DNA from: a virus
Taxonomy: Duplodnaviria > Caudoviricetes
Length of the DNA: 37,445 nt
Reading direction: 5' to 3' (one strand)
Virus record (IMG/VR): IMGVR_UViG_3300044453_000274
Span: 1 to 37,445 of that record
Shown one piece after another: positions 1 to 8,901 of the stretch. A program made the position numbers and the translations under genes. The notes beneath the pieces are model-generated. The model searched no databases and was not told where the DNA came from. It saw only the letters and a program-made list of their open reading frames with translations. How positions within the stretch are numbered: the first letter of the stretch is position 1; each line of letters opens with the position of its first letter.

Positions 1-1014
1 CTAAGACGCAATTTGTTCACACAGCAAATAAGAGGCAAACCCCTCACCATTAATGCAATGTTCAACTTCACTGACATACCACTTCCCGTCTAAAGTGGTT
101 TGAGTGTTGACGATTTTAACAAGGGCTCCTGCACCAATAGCGGGATTGCCAATTACTTTTGCCCTGATAGACTTTGCACTGCGATTTAGCCGGTTATGTT
201 TGGCTGTGGCCGCTTGCGTTGCATAGGCTTCATCGGCATAAACATAAGGTAGAATAGTGGCTGGCGCGCCCTTGCCTGCTTTAACTTGTTTGCGCTTTGC
301 TTCATTCTGATCATAAAAATACGCTTTGACTTCGCCCACTTTACGATAAGCATCTTGCATATAATGCCAAGACAGTAATTGGCTAACATCTATTTCAACT
401 TCTTTAAGTGGTTTTCCTGACAAAGACTTGCCCGTTCCTCTTGCCATAAAAACCAGTTTATCTTGCGCGATTTTGAGCACCGCATCATATTGCTCTGCAA
501 GTTTAGTTAATAATTGCAGATCACTTTCACTTTGCTCAATATGTGGAAGTTCAATATTTTTAAAATCAGGGCCTACTTTTGGGTCTAAACCATGCTCAGC
601 AGCAATAGTAGACACTAAGTCACCCAACTTTTGCGGGGTGCTCGGGTCATCAGGCCATGATTTTTGTTTCGGGGTTTTGAGACCGGTATGCCAAAGCATT
701 TTGTTGCCAAATAACTCGAGTGAACGGACAGGACCTGACACACTGTATTCGCCCACTTCAAATGTACCTAAAGGCAAGAGTTTTGCCGACTTATCCTCCG
801 CGCCATTTTTATACCCCATCGCAATTTCAACAACATCTGTTGCCTTTGGCTCTTGGATTGGTGCAGTACCTAGGTTATCAAACCTGACATAACAAGTGTC
901 ACTTTGCAGGCCTGTTTTTAAGCAAACCCGGACTTCAACCATTCTGTCTCGCAAACGTTCAGCCACTTCTTTCCCGTTTGCTTTAATTGAATACTGAGGC
1001 TGTAAACCCATCAT
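1..1014 (-). CDS. gpD: Baseplate hub protein, P2 gpD (late control D) family
   Basis: Contains HIEQSESDLQLLTKLAEQYDA and LDGKWYVSEVEH motifs and follows the U and X genes. Start moved to ATG 1014 (GAAGGA RBS). Confidence 0.9.
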   Translation of the reverse strand: MMGLQPQYSIKANGKEVAERLRDRMVEVRVCLKTGLQSDTCYVRFDNLGTAPIQEPKATDVVEIAMGYKNGAEDKSAKLLPLGTFEVGEYSVSGPVRSLELFGNKMLWHTGLKTPKQKSWPDDPSTPQKLGDLVSTIAAEHGLDPKVGPDFKNIELPHIEQSESDLQLLTKLAEQYDAVLKIAQDKLVFMARGTGKSLSGKPLKEVEIDVSQLLSWHYMQDAYRKVGEVKAYFYDQNEAKRKQVKAGKGAPATILPYVYADEAYATQAATAKHNRLNRSAKSIRAKVIGNPAIGAGALVKIVNTQTTLDGKWYVSEVEHCINGEGFASYLLCEQIAS

Positions 1015-1021
1015 TGTTCCT

Positions 1022-1237
1022 TCAATCCCAAATATTAATAACGTTGTCTGCAATCGGTTTCGTGATCACTTCAGGCAAAAAAATGGCGATATTTTCAGCG
1101 TAAATACCGCCTTTTTCAGCCAGTCCGTGATTTGCTTCTAGCACTAACTCTACCATGCCACTGCTGCGCCCATAATGACGCCAGCAAATATGGTCTAAGC
1201 AATCTCCATCTCGGGTAATATAAGTTACTCCATTCAT
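1022..1237 (-). CDS. gpX: Tail protein X (LysM-like)
   Basis: 71 aa with YITRDGDCLDHICWRHYG...VLEANHGLA and a C-terminal INIWD, the typical P2 gpX pattern. Confidence 0.92.
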   Translation of the reverse strand: MNGVTYITRDGDCLDHICWRHYGRSSGMVELVLEANHGLAEKGGIYAENIAIFLPEVITKPIADNVINIWD

Positions 1238-1249
1238 TGACTTACCTCA

Positions 1250-1696
1250 TCATTTGGTGTTTGCATCATGACGCTTTAATTCCATAGAGAACTTAATTTC
1301 TCGAGGGATACCATCGTTTAAAAACAATGTTCTATCTTCACTAATTGACATAATTATCCAATTGCCCAGCACACGCCCCACACTGGGGTCTGATTTGCCA
1401 CTTGCTTGCACATACGTAAGCTTTAAAGGCAATTGCGTGATTGCCTCTGCACGCATTTTGTCAACTTGTGTCAGGCCATCTTTTACTAATTGAGGGTAAA
1501 TTGTGCCCGTCAGACTTAACGTTTGATCCCCAACGCCCACAAACTGCATTGAAGGGCTATTATCATCAGTCTGAGAGTTTTGTGTTTTCCAGCGGTAGTC
1601 TGTATTAAACTTTAAATTGTCAAAAGCCGCCCCCCCTACAGAAAACTTAAACTCCCCTAATTGCATCATGTGTGATGCATTGACTACTTTTTCCAT
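1250..1696 (-). CDS. gpU: Tail tube initiator, P2 gpU family
   Basis: MMQLGEFKFSV, QFVGVG, LSLTGTIYP and GIPREIKFSMELKR motifs; lies between the tape measure and X genes. Confidence 0.9.
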   Translation of the reverse strand: MEKVVNASHMMQLGEFKFSVGGAAFDNLKFNTDYRWKTQNSQTDDNSPSMQFVGVGDQTLSLTGTIYPQLVKDGLTQVDKMRAEAITQLPLKLTYVQASGKSDPSVGRVLGNWIIMSISEDRTLFLNDGIPREIKFSMELKRHDANTK

Positions 1697-4600
1697 TAAG
1701 CTACCTCATCGATATATCGAGTTCGCAGATCTCGTTGTGCTTGCACTTGTTTTTGTTCAAGCACCTGTTTAATTTGCTCAGCAATTTCTATCGCCGACAT
1801 GCCCGGTGTGGTATTCACAGTAATGTTTGCATTGACGGTAACACTGCCACTGGTTAGTGAAGCTTGGTTTGATTTTTCTGTTGTCGTACGATTGTTCGTG
1901 GTCGCAGACAAAGCAGAGGCTTTCAAGTCAGTTCTCGCAATGCCAGCAACGCCACTGAGATCTGCGGCTTTTACATCATTGGCTTTATCTTTGCCAAACA
2001 CGCTTTCAGTTAACCACCCTGCAAAACGACCACCCAGTGAACCGACTAATGCATTGGTTGCATATCCCGCAACGGGCGCTAGCATGCGAACAGAACGATT
2101 TTTAGATTTTTCCATTGTATTGGAAACCCAATCGCTTGCCCCCCAACCGGCTGCGGTTCCCCCCATCGTCGTCGCTTTTTGCTTTAATGACAGAGCATCA
2201 TCATTCGCTGCATTGAGTATTGTATGGCCATTAAGCAGATGACTAACGTTACCACCCACATTGGATAGCTTGCTCATAGGCCCATTTTTGATGCCGGCAC
2301 CTTTTTCCATCTCCGCTGCAATGCCTGCAAACATGTTAACTTCATTAATGACGTTATTTTTTACATAATCTAACGACGTCTCAGCATGATTCACTGAGCT
2401 GCCAAGCACGCCAGGAGCCTTACCAACACCCGTTGCGTCAAGGGCTTTCGTCGCTGGACTGGCCATAATTTTACTAAAAATACTGCTTGCTTTTGCTGAC
2501 GACGTGTCCACTTTCTTACGTTCAGCCACATCACCCGTTTTGAGGGGCTTCGTATCCTTGTTATGAGCAAGTTCTTTAGGTGTAGCCGCCGCTTTTATTT
2601 GGTTTTGTGCTTGTTGGTTTTTCTGCGTAGTATCTATTTTTTCAGTCGATTTTAGCTTTGACTTTTCATCATGCTCGTCTGACGAACTGCCAAACCAGCC
2701 ACCTAACATGCCGCCTAATGATTCACCACCAAAAGCACCTATCGCACCGCCAACAATGCCCCCAATCGCCGTGCCAAATACAGGAATAACCGAGCCAATT
2801 GCGGCACCCGCAGCGGCCCCCGCCAAGGCACCACCCGCACTGCCCGCAGCCTGTCCAACTTGCTCTGATTTTTCCTGTTTTGTTAGGCTGTTATCAGATA
2901 AAGTTGACGCCACATCCATCACACCCATTGCAGCCGTCACCGGTGCGGCCAAACGGCCAAACAGTTTACCAAGGGGGCTTCTGGTGATCCCCTTAATGAG
3001 CCCTTTACCTTTAAATAACCCTTTTTTCGGCTTACTAAAAATCGGGTCATTGGCCGCCATGGGTTTACCCAATTTTGTATTCAACGCTTTGCTATTCGCT
3101 GCTTTTACTTTCGCCTGTGATGGTGTTTTCTTCGACTGCGGGTTTTTATCAGCATCTGATAAACCGCCCTCAATCACAGCCAGTTTGGGCTTATTTGTCG
3201 GTTTTGCTTTTACCTTACCTGGTGTATTTGTTTTAGAAGTTTTGTCTTTTGCCCATGGCTTTTTGTTGCTTTTGGGCGATTTTTCCTCATCAGAGAGATC
3301 ATCTTCTCGTTGAGACGCTCGCCCTTTGCCTTTATTACCACGGCCTTGTTTATTGCGTCGGTTGCCTTTTTTACCGCCTTTATTTTTGCGCTTTTTAGGC
3401 TTTTTCTTTTTGTCTTGCTCTTCTTCCTCTGGGGCTTCAAACTCAGTCTCAGCCTCACCCCCTGAGAACATATCGGCAATCCCCCCCAAACCAAACCCAT
3501 CGAGTAAATCAGGGAGTGCGCCCGTTATTGATGATAAGTCGCCTTTTAAAATCCCTTTAAAGTCTAATTTCGCTAACGTCGCTGCGTGATCTTGCATAAA
3601 CGAAGCCGCGCCTTCAAAACCAAAGGCATTGAGTAAATCTGCTCCAGCACTGAGTAACGAGTCTAAATCCCCGCCCATAATGCCTTTTACATCAAGCTGT
3701 TTTAACGCGGGTAGTGCCGACTCCATCATACCCGCAGCGTCTTCTAATCCTAACGAGTTTAGTAAATCTGGGCCTGCGCCTAATAATGTTGAAATATCAC
3801 CACTGGCGATCCCTTTTATATCGAGTTGTTTCAGGGCGGGCAATGCTTCGCCAAACTTGTCTGCCGCTTCACCCAAACCAAATGCGCGTAATGCATCGGG
3901 CCCGGCATCCATTAGTGAGCTTAAATCGCCTTGCATTAGGCCATTCATGTCCAGTTTTGATATTGCGGGCATGGCGTGTTCAAGCACATCAGCCGCACCA
4001 CCAAAATCAAAGTTGCGCAGTAATTCTGGCCCAGCTTTTTCAAGCGACGATAAATCACCGCGTATAATCCCCTGCGGATCTAGCTGCTTAAGCGCGGGTA
4101 ATGCCGTTTGCATTGCATCTGCTGCTCCACCAAAATTAGCAGAGCGCAAAATATCAGGCGCAGTATCAAGTAAACTACTTAAGTCACCTTGGGCGACACC
4201 GGCTAAATCTAACTGTTCTAGCGCAGGTATTCTTTGTGTAATTGACTGGTGTATACCCTCTAAATCAAGGGTTTTTATTAATTCTGGAGCAGCATCTTTT
4301 AAAGAGCTTAAATCTCCATTCATAAGCCCTTTCATGTCTAACTGCTGTAATGCAGGCATAACAGTTTGCATTGCATCGGCCGCACCACCAAAGTCGGCCG
4401 TTCTTAAAATATCGGGGGCCGACTTTAATAAACTGCTTAAATCCCCTTCTACAACACCCGCTAAGTCAAGCTGAGAGAGCGCCGGAATATTTTGCGCAAT
4501 CGCTTGATTGAGCGCGTCAATATCAACCGCTTTTATTAGCTCTGGCGCTGCCTCTTTTAACGAGCTTAAATCGCCTTGCATAATCGCACCGGTATCAATG

Positions 4601-5526
4601 CTGTGCAGTGCAGGTAACATGTGCTCAATGGTTTGAGCCGCTTGCGGCATGTTTAACGCATCAAGTGCAGCTGGCGCGGCGTCTGCCAAAGAGCTTAAAT
4701 CGCCCTGCAAGACTGCGCCAGCATCGAGTTTATCTAGCGCGGGCAATGCCTTACCCACCACAGTGGCCGCTTGGCCAAACCCCATATTTTCTAAAACTTG
4801 GGGGGCTGTGGCTGTTAAGCTCGACAGTTCCCCCTCCATCATACTGGCTATATCTAACTGGTTAAAAGTCGCCAATCCGGTTTTCAAAGACTCAGCCATT
4901 TCTGGCATATTCAACGCATCTAAAACTTGCGGTGCAGTCGACGCTAATACATCGAGTTGTTGTGACAAAGCTTGCTCACCACCACTGGCTGAAAACGCCG
5001 CACTATGCTGAGCAATCACATCAATTAAACCTGCAACATCTACCGAGTTTGATAACTCGGGTAGCGCTTGCTGCAACCCCGATAAATCTTGCTTGACCAC
5101 ATGTTGAAAATCACCAAAATCTAATCCTTCAATATGATGGCTTAGCCCCGCTATTGCCTGTGCTGCGTTTTTCTGATTTTCTAGTGCCTGTATTACCCCA
5201 TTATTTCCTGTATTCTGTGTCGCTGCCTCACTTAAACTAAGCAGTTGTTTCTTAAGCACATTGCCATTATCGATCATGACCTGATTAAGGTTAAACTTGG
5301 CTAACTGCGTTAAAATAGGCGCAATTGAGTGAGGATTAAGTATGGCACCTGAGGCTTTCATACCCTGCACAGCTTGCCCGAGCTCTTTTGCCGTATTACT
5401 TTGACTTTGCTGAACCTGAGGTAGTTTATTTTTAACTTTATTGGCTGTATTCGCCTTTATTTTATTGGCTGCGGGCGCGTTATTTTTCGCACCGCGTTTT
5501 TGATCGGATGATCCGTGACGTTTCAT
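1696..5526 (-). CDS. Tape measure protein (atypical: 43-aa repeats, basic tract, glycine zipper)
   Basis: Occupies the position between E/E' and gpU. Ala/Gly/Leu-rich, with a C-terminal VTVNANITVN...IAEQIKQVLEQ typical of P2-like tape measure proteins. Start taken as ATG 5526. Confidence 0.8.
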   Translation of the reverse strand: MKRHGSSDQKRGAKNNAPAANKIKANTANKVKNKLPQVQQSQSNTAKELGQAVQGMKASGAILNPHSIAPILTQLAKFNLNQVMIDNGNVLKKQLLSLSEAATQNTGNNGVIQALENQKNAAQAIAGLSHHIEGLDFGDFQHVVKQDLSGLQQALPELSNSVDVAGLIDVIAQHSAAFSASGGEQALSQQLDVLASTAPQVLDALNMPEMAESLKTGLATFNQLDIASMMEGELSSLTATAPQVLENMGFGQAATVVGKALPALDKLDAGAVLQGDLSSLADAAPAALDALNMPQAAQTIEHMLPALHSIDTGAIMQGDLSSLKEAAPELIKAVDIDALNQAIAQNIPALSQLDLAGVVEGDLSSLLKSAPDILRTADFGGAADAMQTVMPALQQLDMKGLMNGDLSSLKDAAPELIKTLDLEGIHQSITQRIPALEQLDLAGVAQGDLSSLLDTAPDILRSANFGGAADAMQTALPALKQLDPQGIIRGDLSSLEKAGPELLRNFDFGGAADVLEHAMPAISKLDMNGLMQGDLSSLMDAGPDALRAFGLGEAADKFGEALPALKQLDIKGIASGDISTLLGAGPDLLNSLGLEDAAGMMESALPALKQLDVKGIMGGDLDSLLSAGADLLNAFGFEGAASFMQDHAATLAKLDFKGILKGDLSSITGALPDLLDGFGLGGIADMFSGGEAETEFEAPEEEEQDKKKKPKKRKNKGGKKGNRRNKQGRGNKGKGRASQREDDLSDEEKSPKSNKKPWAKDKTSKTNTPGKVKAKPTNKPKLAVIEGGLSDADKNPQSKKTPSQAKVKAANSKALNTKLGKPMAANDPIFSKPKKGLFKGKGLIKGITRSPLGKLFGRLAAPVTAAMGVMDVASTLSDNSLTKQEKSEQVGQAAGSAGGALAGAAAGAAIGSVIPVFGTAIGGIVGGAIGAFGGESLGGMLGGWFGSSSDEHDEKSKLKSTEKIDTTQKNQQAQNQIKAAATPKELAHNKDTKPLKTGDVAERKKVDTSSAKASSIFSKIMASPATKALDATGVGKAPGVLGSSVNHAETSLDYVKNNVINEVNMFAGIAAEMEKGAGIKNGPMSKLSNVGGNVSHLLNGHTILNAANDDALSLKQKATTMGGTAAGWGASDWVSNTMEKSKNRSVRMLAPVAGYATNALVGSLGGRFAGWLTESVFGKDKANDVKAADLSGVAGIARTDLKASALSATTNNRTTTEKSNQASLTSGSVTVNANITVNTTPGMSAIEIAEQIKQVLEQKQVQAQRDLRTRYIDEVA
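3480..4833 (-). repeat. 43-aa (129-bp) degenerate tandem repeat, 11 motif copies, inside the tape measure gene
   Basis: The G[DE][LI][SD][ST][LI] motif runs from the codon at 4833 to the codon at 3543, which is 1290 bp = 10 x 129. Confidence 0.92.
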
Positions 5527-5766
5527 AGCTATACCTGGGAGATGCAAAGAAGTGAGCTGAATACTTGCCTGCCAGTAAACCTGCCAGCGTCAATCGCAAG
5601 AGGTATACATAACTGAAATAACAAGCGTGAAATAATAGGCCGAAGGCCAATGAAATTGAAAAAGATATGCGAAATAACAATATGTTATGTTTTATGATGT
5701 ACAAAATGACTAATGATTGCGATTTTGCCTAGCCTTTAATCTGATAAAATATTTAGCTGTGTCGTC

Positions 5767-5792
5767 AAAAAAGGCAGGTCAATGACCTGCCT
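5767..5792 (-). terminator. Intrinsic terminator overlapping the gpE' stop
   Basis: Minus strand reads AGGCAGGTC-ATT-GACCTGCCT followed by TTTTT. Confidence 0.75.
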
Positions 5793-5907
5793 CCGTTTCA
5801 TTTTTATAATCAACGGCCGCTTCAAACCACTCACACAGTTCGGGTTCAGTTAAGCCGTTTAACTCTTGTAAGCCCCACCCGGTATATTTTGCGAGGGCTA
5901 TAACCAT
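5779..5907 (-). CDS. GpE'-like tail assembly chaperone extension (probably via -1 frameshift from gpE); absent from the ORF track
   Basis: Hand translation gives MVIALAKYTGWGLQELNGLTEPELCEWFEAAVDYKNETEAGH*. It is in the -1 frame of gpE and is open back through GGCTTTT (5943-5937). Confidence 0.8.
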   Translation of the reverse strand: MVIALAKYTGWGLQELNGLTEPELCEWFEAAVDYKNETEAGH

Positions 5908-5912
5908 GGCTT

Positions 5913-6170
5913 TTAAGCGCTTGGGTGGGATACGAGAAAAGCCTGTAACTTTTCTCTTAATTTAACAAAATCGCTCCAGTCTAATTCTTCAATGACATCT
6001 GGAGATACTTCACATAAATGTGAGAAGTAACGAATTTCGCTTTCTGATTCACTTAAATCCGTCTTATCTACCATTAATCTATCACGTACCTTTGGCCGTC
6101 TCATTTTAAGTTCTGCATACTCATGCGCGTCGACCGTGACTGGGAAAGTCAGTTTAATGATATCTGTCAT
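5913..6170 (-). CDS. gpE: Tail assembly chaperone, gpE/Mu gp41 family
   Basis: LKMRRPKVRD and IEELDWSDF motifs; directly follows the tube gene. Confidence 0.88.
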   Translation of the reverse strand: MTDIIKLTFPVTVDAHEYAELKMRRPKVRDRLMVDKTDLSESESEIRYFSHLCEVSPDVIEELDWSDFVKLREKLQAFLVSHPSA

Positions 6171-6176
6171 AACTTA

Positions 6177-6686
6177 TTAAGCTCCAATTGCTTTGCGAAG
6201 AAGTGCCATTTGATCAACACCGTTTACAATACGAACATCATTGCCTAAATCAATGTCATAGATAACGTCTGCACCAATTTCTAATTTATACTTTTGTACT
6301 GCATACTGCATAGTCAGCTTGGCTTCTTCGCCATCTTTCCAGTTACCCATATCCATTTCTTTGAAGAAACCAGACAGTGTAACTTTTACCGGCACTGGTG
6401 CTTCGCCTTGTGCCTGAATCGCACCGCGTGCAACCAATGGCTTAGTAATGTCTGCCCAACCACCCATCAATTTCAGTAAATCAGCGTTGTACTCAAGTAA
6501 TGTGATTGTGCCTTCCATTTTCTCAAGTTGACCCACATCAAGCTCGATTGGCGCTTGAAAACCTGACGTCACTTCACGTGTTTTAACCGTGACTTTTGGC
6601 AACGTAATTTCATCAGCGATACCAAGGTAGCCCTTACCATCAACAAATAATTTGAACTTTTTTAGAATTTTAGGAGATGTTGCCAT
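6177..6686 (-). CDS. FII: Major tail tube protein (P2 FII family)
   Basis: PKILKKFKLFVDGKGYLG..EITLPK, EMDMGNWKDGE and IVNGVDQ..LRKAIG motifs. Confidence 0.93.
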   Translation of the reverse strand: MATSPKILKKFKLFVDGKGYLGIADEITLPKVTVKTREVTSGFQAPIELDVGQLEKMEGTITLLEYNADLLKLMGGWADITKPLVARGAIQAQGEAPVPVKVTLSGFFKEMDMGNWKDGEEAKLTMQYAVQKYKLEIGADVIYDIDLGNDVRIVNGVDQMALLRKAIGA

Positions 6687-8095
6687 TATACGATTTCCTC
6701 AAGGTAGTTGTTAGTCAGGATGCTTTTGAAAGTAATGTGCTCAGCCGGTGTTGGTGGCGTGAAATCAAAGCTGAAGTACACTTTACCTGCTTGAATATTA
6801 ACCGGTGTATTTAGCTCTTCATCAGCCCAAATTTCACCGCCTAAGATTGCACCTTGTGCTTTAAGGCTATCAAGGTAACCCTGCACACTTTGTACAACAT
6901 CATCGATGTATGTTTTGGTGATATTACGGTCAACTGCCCACATGTGAGCACGGAGCAATGAGTCATTGATCATGTCCGCTGTGCGAACAACGGATAAAAA
7001 CGCCCACTTAGGGTCATCAGAACACGTACGGTTACCCCATAACTTAAAGCCGTTTTGACGGATAATCGTGGCGACTTCATTTTCATTCAATAAGTTAGCA
7101 CGTGCACTTGCATCACCTAATTGAAAATCAATTGGGCGACCTGTCGCAACAATACCATTCATATTCGTGTTACTTGGGCTCCACCAGAAACCTCGGTCGT
7201 TGTCTGATTTAGCAATCATACCTGCAACGCGCGCACTGGCTGGTTCATCTTCTACTTCACCATTTTTTAAGACTTTTACATGAGGGTCAACAACATAAAC
7301 TCGACGAGAGCCCACAGTTTGACGGTACTTAATTGCTTTACTGTCTGCTTTTGACTGATCGCTTAAATTGCTCAAGCTGGGTCCATCAGCGATGATTACC
7401 GCACGAAGCCTTTCAGCAATACTGATCAAATCCGCAACAACAGCGTTACCAGCACCTTCTGGCACATCAAATTGATGTGTGTATCCCGGGGCCACAAGAA
7501 TACGAGGAGAAAAGCCCAGCGTAGACTCTGCATCTAAAAATGCTGAAACACCTTTATTTTTCCCTTCAGGCGTAACACCTGCTTTCATATTCGTAATAAC
7601 GTTACTCTCTGAGGCATGATCTTCAACGCGAACAACCACCACCACTGCACCAGCTTGATCAAAGATACCGTCAATTGCAGAGAATAAAGTCCCTTTATCT
7701 TTGTCTAGAATATCCTGAATACTATTTTTTGCTTGCTCTGCTACTTGAGTCGTCACTGCAGCCTTTTCATCATCAGTTAACGTGCTGCCTTTTGCCGCTT
7801 CAGCTTTTGTGAGTGCGGCTTTCAATTCAACACTGTCAAGGCTAGTCGCAGCAGCTGCTGCTGCATCTTTTCGCTGTGTTAACTTATCTTGGTAATCGGT
7901 ATTGCTTGATTCAACCAGACCAGAAGCCTCAGCGCGCTTACCAGCAATCAATACTGGGGTATTTAAAGGAAACGCGTCTTCATCTGCAAAAGGCGCTGTA
8001 CCTATCAAGCCAATTACTGAGCTTTTTACTGTTTTAATTGGACGAGTGCCTGATTGCGCCTCGATTACCTCTACACCATGTAGAAATTTTGACAT
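6686..8095 (-). CDS. FI: Contractile tail sheath protein (P2 FI family)
   Basis: FLHGVEVIE, FPLNTPVL, GFWWSPSN, GFKLWGNRTCS and DFTPPTPAEHITF motifs. Start is ATG 8095 with an AAGGAG RBS. Confidence 0.95.
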   Translation of the reverse strand: MSKFLHGVEVIEAQSGTRPIKTVKSSVIGLIGTAPFADEDAFPLNTPVLIAGKRAEASGLVESSNTDYQDKLTQRKDAAAAAATSLDSVELKAALTKAEAAKGSTLTDDEKAAVTTQVAEQAKNSIQDILDKDKGTLFSAIDGIFDQAGAVVVVVRVEDHASESNVITNMKAGVTPEGKNKGVSAFLDAESTLGFSPRILVAPGYTHQFDVPEGAGNAVVADLISIAERLRAVIIADGPSLSNLSDQSKADSKAIKYRQTVGSRRVYVVDPHVKVLKNGEVEDEPASARVAGMIAKSDNDRGFWWSPSNTNMNGIVATGRPIDFQLGDASARANLLNENEVATIIRQNGFKLWGNRTCSDDPKWAFLSVVRTADMINDSLLRAHMWAVDRNITKTYIDDVVQSVQGYLDSLKAQGAILGGEIWADEELNTPVNIQAGKVYFSFDFTPPTPAEHITFKSILTNNYLEEIV

Positions 8096-8130
8096 ATGAA
8101 TCTCCTTTAAGGGTATGTCAGTTAGAAACA

Positions 8131-8157
8131 AAAAAGCCACGCTGAGCGTGGCTTTTT
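8131..8157. terminator. Bidirectional intrinsic terminator between gpW and sheath
   Basis: AAAAAGCCACGC-TGA-GCGTGGCTTTTT. Confidence 0.8.
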
Positions 8158-8208
8158 AAAGTTAAAAGTTAGGATTTACTTACCGAAATAAGATCGTAAA
8201 ATCCTGAT

Positions 8209-8544
8209 TTAAATTTGAATACCTTCGATGAGCACCGGCTCACCATTGATCAAATACAATCCGCTAATGTCGATTGATAACTTACCTGCGCTGGTCGGTT
8301 GAACCGCAACTGATTCAAGTTCAAATCGCGGCTCCCATTTTTCTAGTGCATTAGAAATAACTAAGGTGATATCACCAACCATGCTGGTTGAATATGGGCT
8401 ATCGAGTAAGTCAAATAAGCCACATCCATAATCTCTGCGCATCACACGGCTACCAATCGGTGTGGTAACAATGTCGCGAATACTTTGTTTTAAATGCTCA
8501 ACCCCAGAAAGGGGTTTGCCTGTTTTTGCGTTCATACCAAGCAT
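8209..8544 (-). CDS. gpW: Baseplate wedge protein W (gp25-like)
   Basis: GMNAKTG...HLKQSIRDIVTTPIGSRVMRRDYG...WEPR. Confidence 0.95.
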   Translation of the reverse strand: MLGMNAKTGKPLSGVEHLKQSIRDIVTTPIGSRVMRRDYGCGLFDLLDSPYSTSMVGDITLVISNALEKWEPRFELESVAVQPTSAGKLSIDISGLYLINGEPVLIEGIQI

Positions 8545-8598
8545 ATTGCTGCCCTTTTTGCCTGACCGTAGGTCTATAAAACGAACGTAATTTAAAAG

Positions 8599-8901
8599 TT
8601 ATCCACCCACAGTGAACCCGCCTTCACCTTGCGCCAATTGCCCATTACAGTCTGTAGGGTCGCCGATACGCGCGACCGCTTTCCCTTCAATAGTAAAACT
8701 GCTCGCGCCCGCGGCGATGGCTTTTCCTTCGTGTTTGACACTTGGGTCTGTCGACAGTACATGCGTACTAATTGGGTCGCCTTCTCTGAGCGCGGGTTTA
8801 CCCGCCACGGTAAAACTGTGCTGTGTTGCACTGGCTTTACCGGGTAAAAACAGCGCATGAACATTGGTCATTGCCCCATCAAGTGAGATTGCTGGCATCA
8901 T
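8599..8901 (-). CDS. PAAR-domain spike tip protein
   Basis: 100 aa with PAISLDG, GKPALREGDP and GKAVARIGDPTDCNG repeats and His/Cys candidate ligands; directly after gpV. Confidence 0.88.
   Translation of the reverse strand: MMPAISLDGAMTNVHALFLPGKASATQHSFTVAGKPALREGDPISTHVLSTDPSVKHEGKAIAAGASSFTIEGKAVARIGDPTDCNGQLAQGEGGFTVGG

Noticed and set aside
428-5011. Long plus-strand ORFs (e.g. 428-892, 2708-3313, 3629-4474) and similar ones elsewhere
   Set aside because: They are antisense shadows of well-supported minus-strand genes and show no recognisable motifs.
5480-5704. 74-aa hydrophobic ORF upstream of the tape measure
   Set aside because: It overlaps the tape measure start out of frame, has no clear RBS, and its composition is explained by T-rich intergenic DNA.
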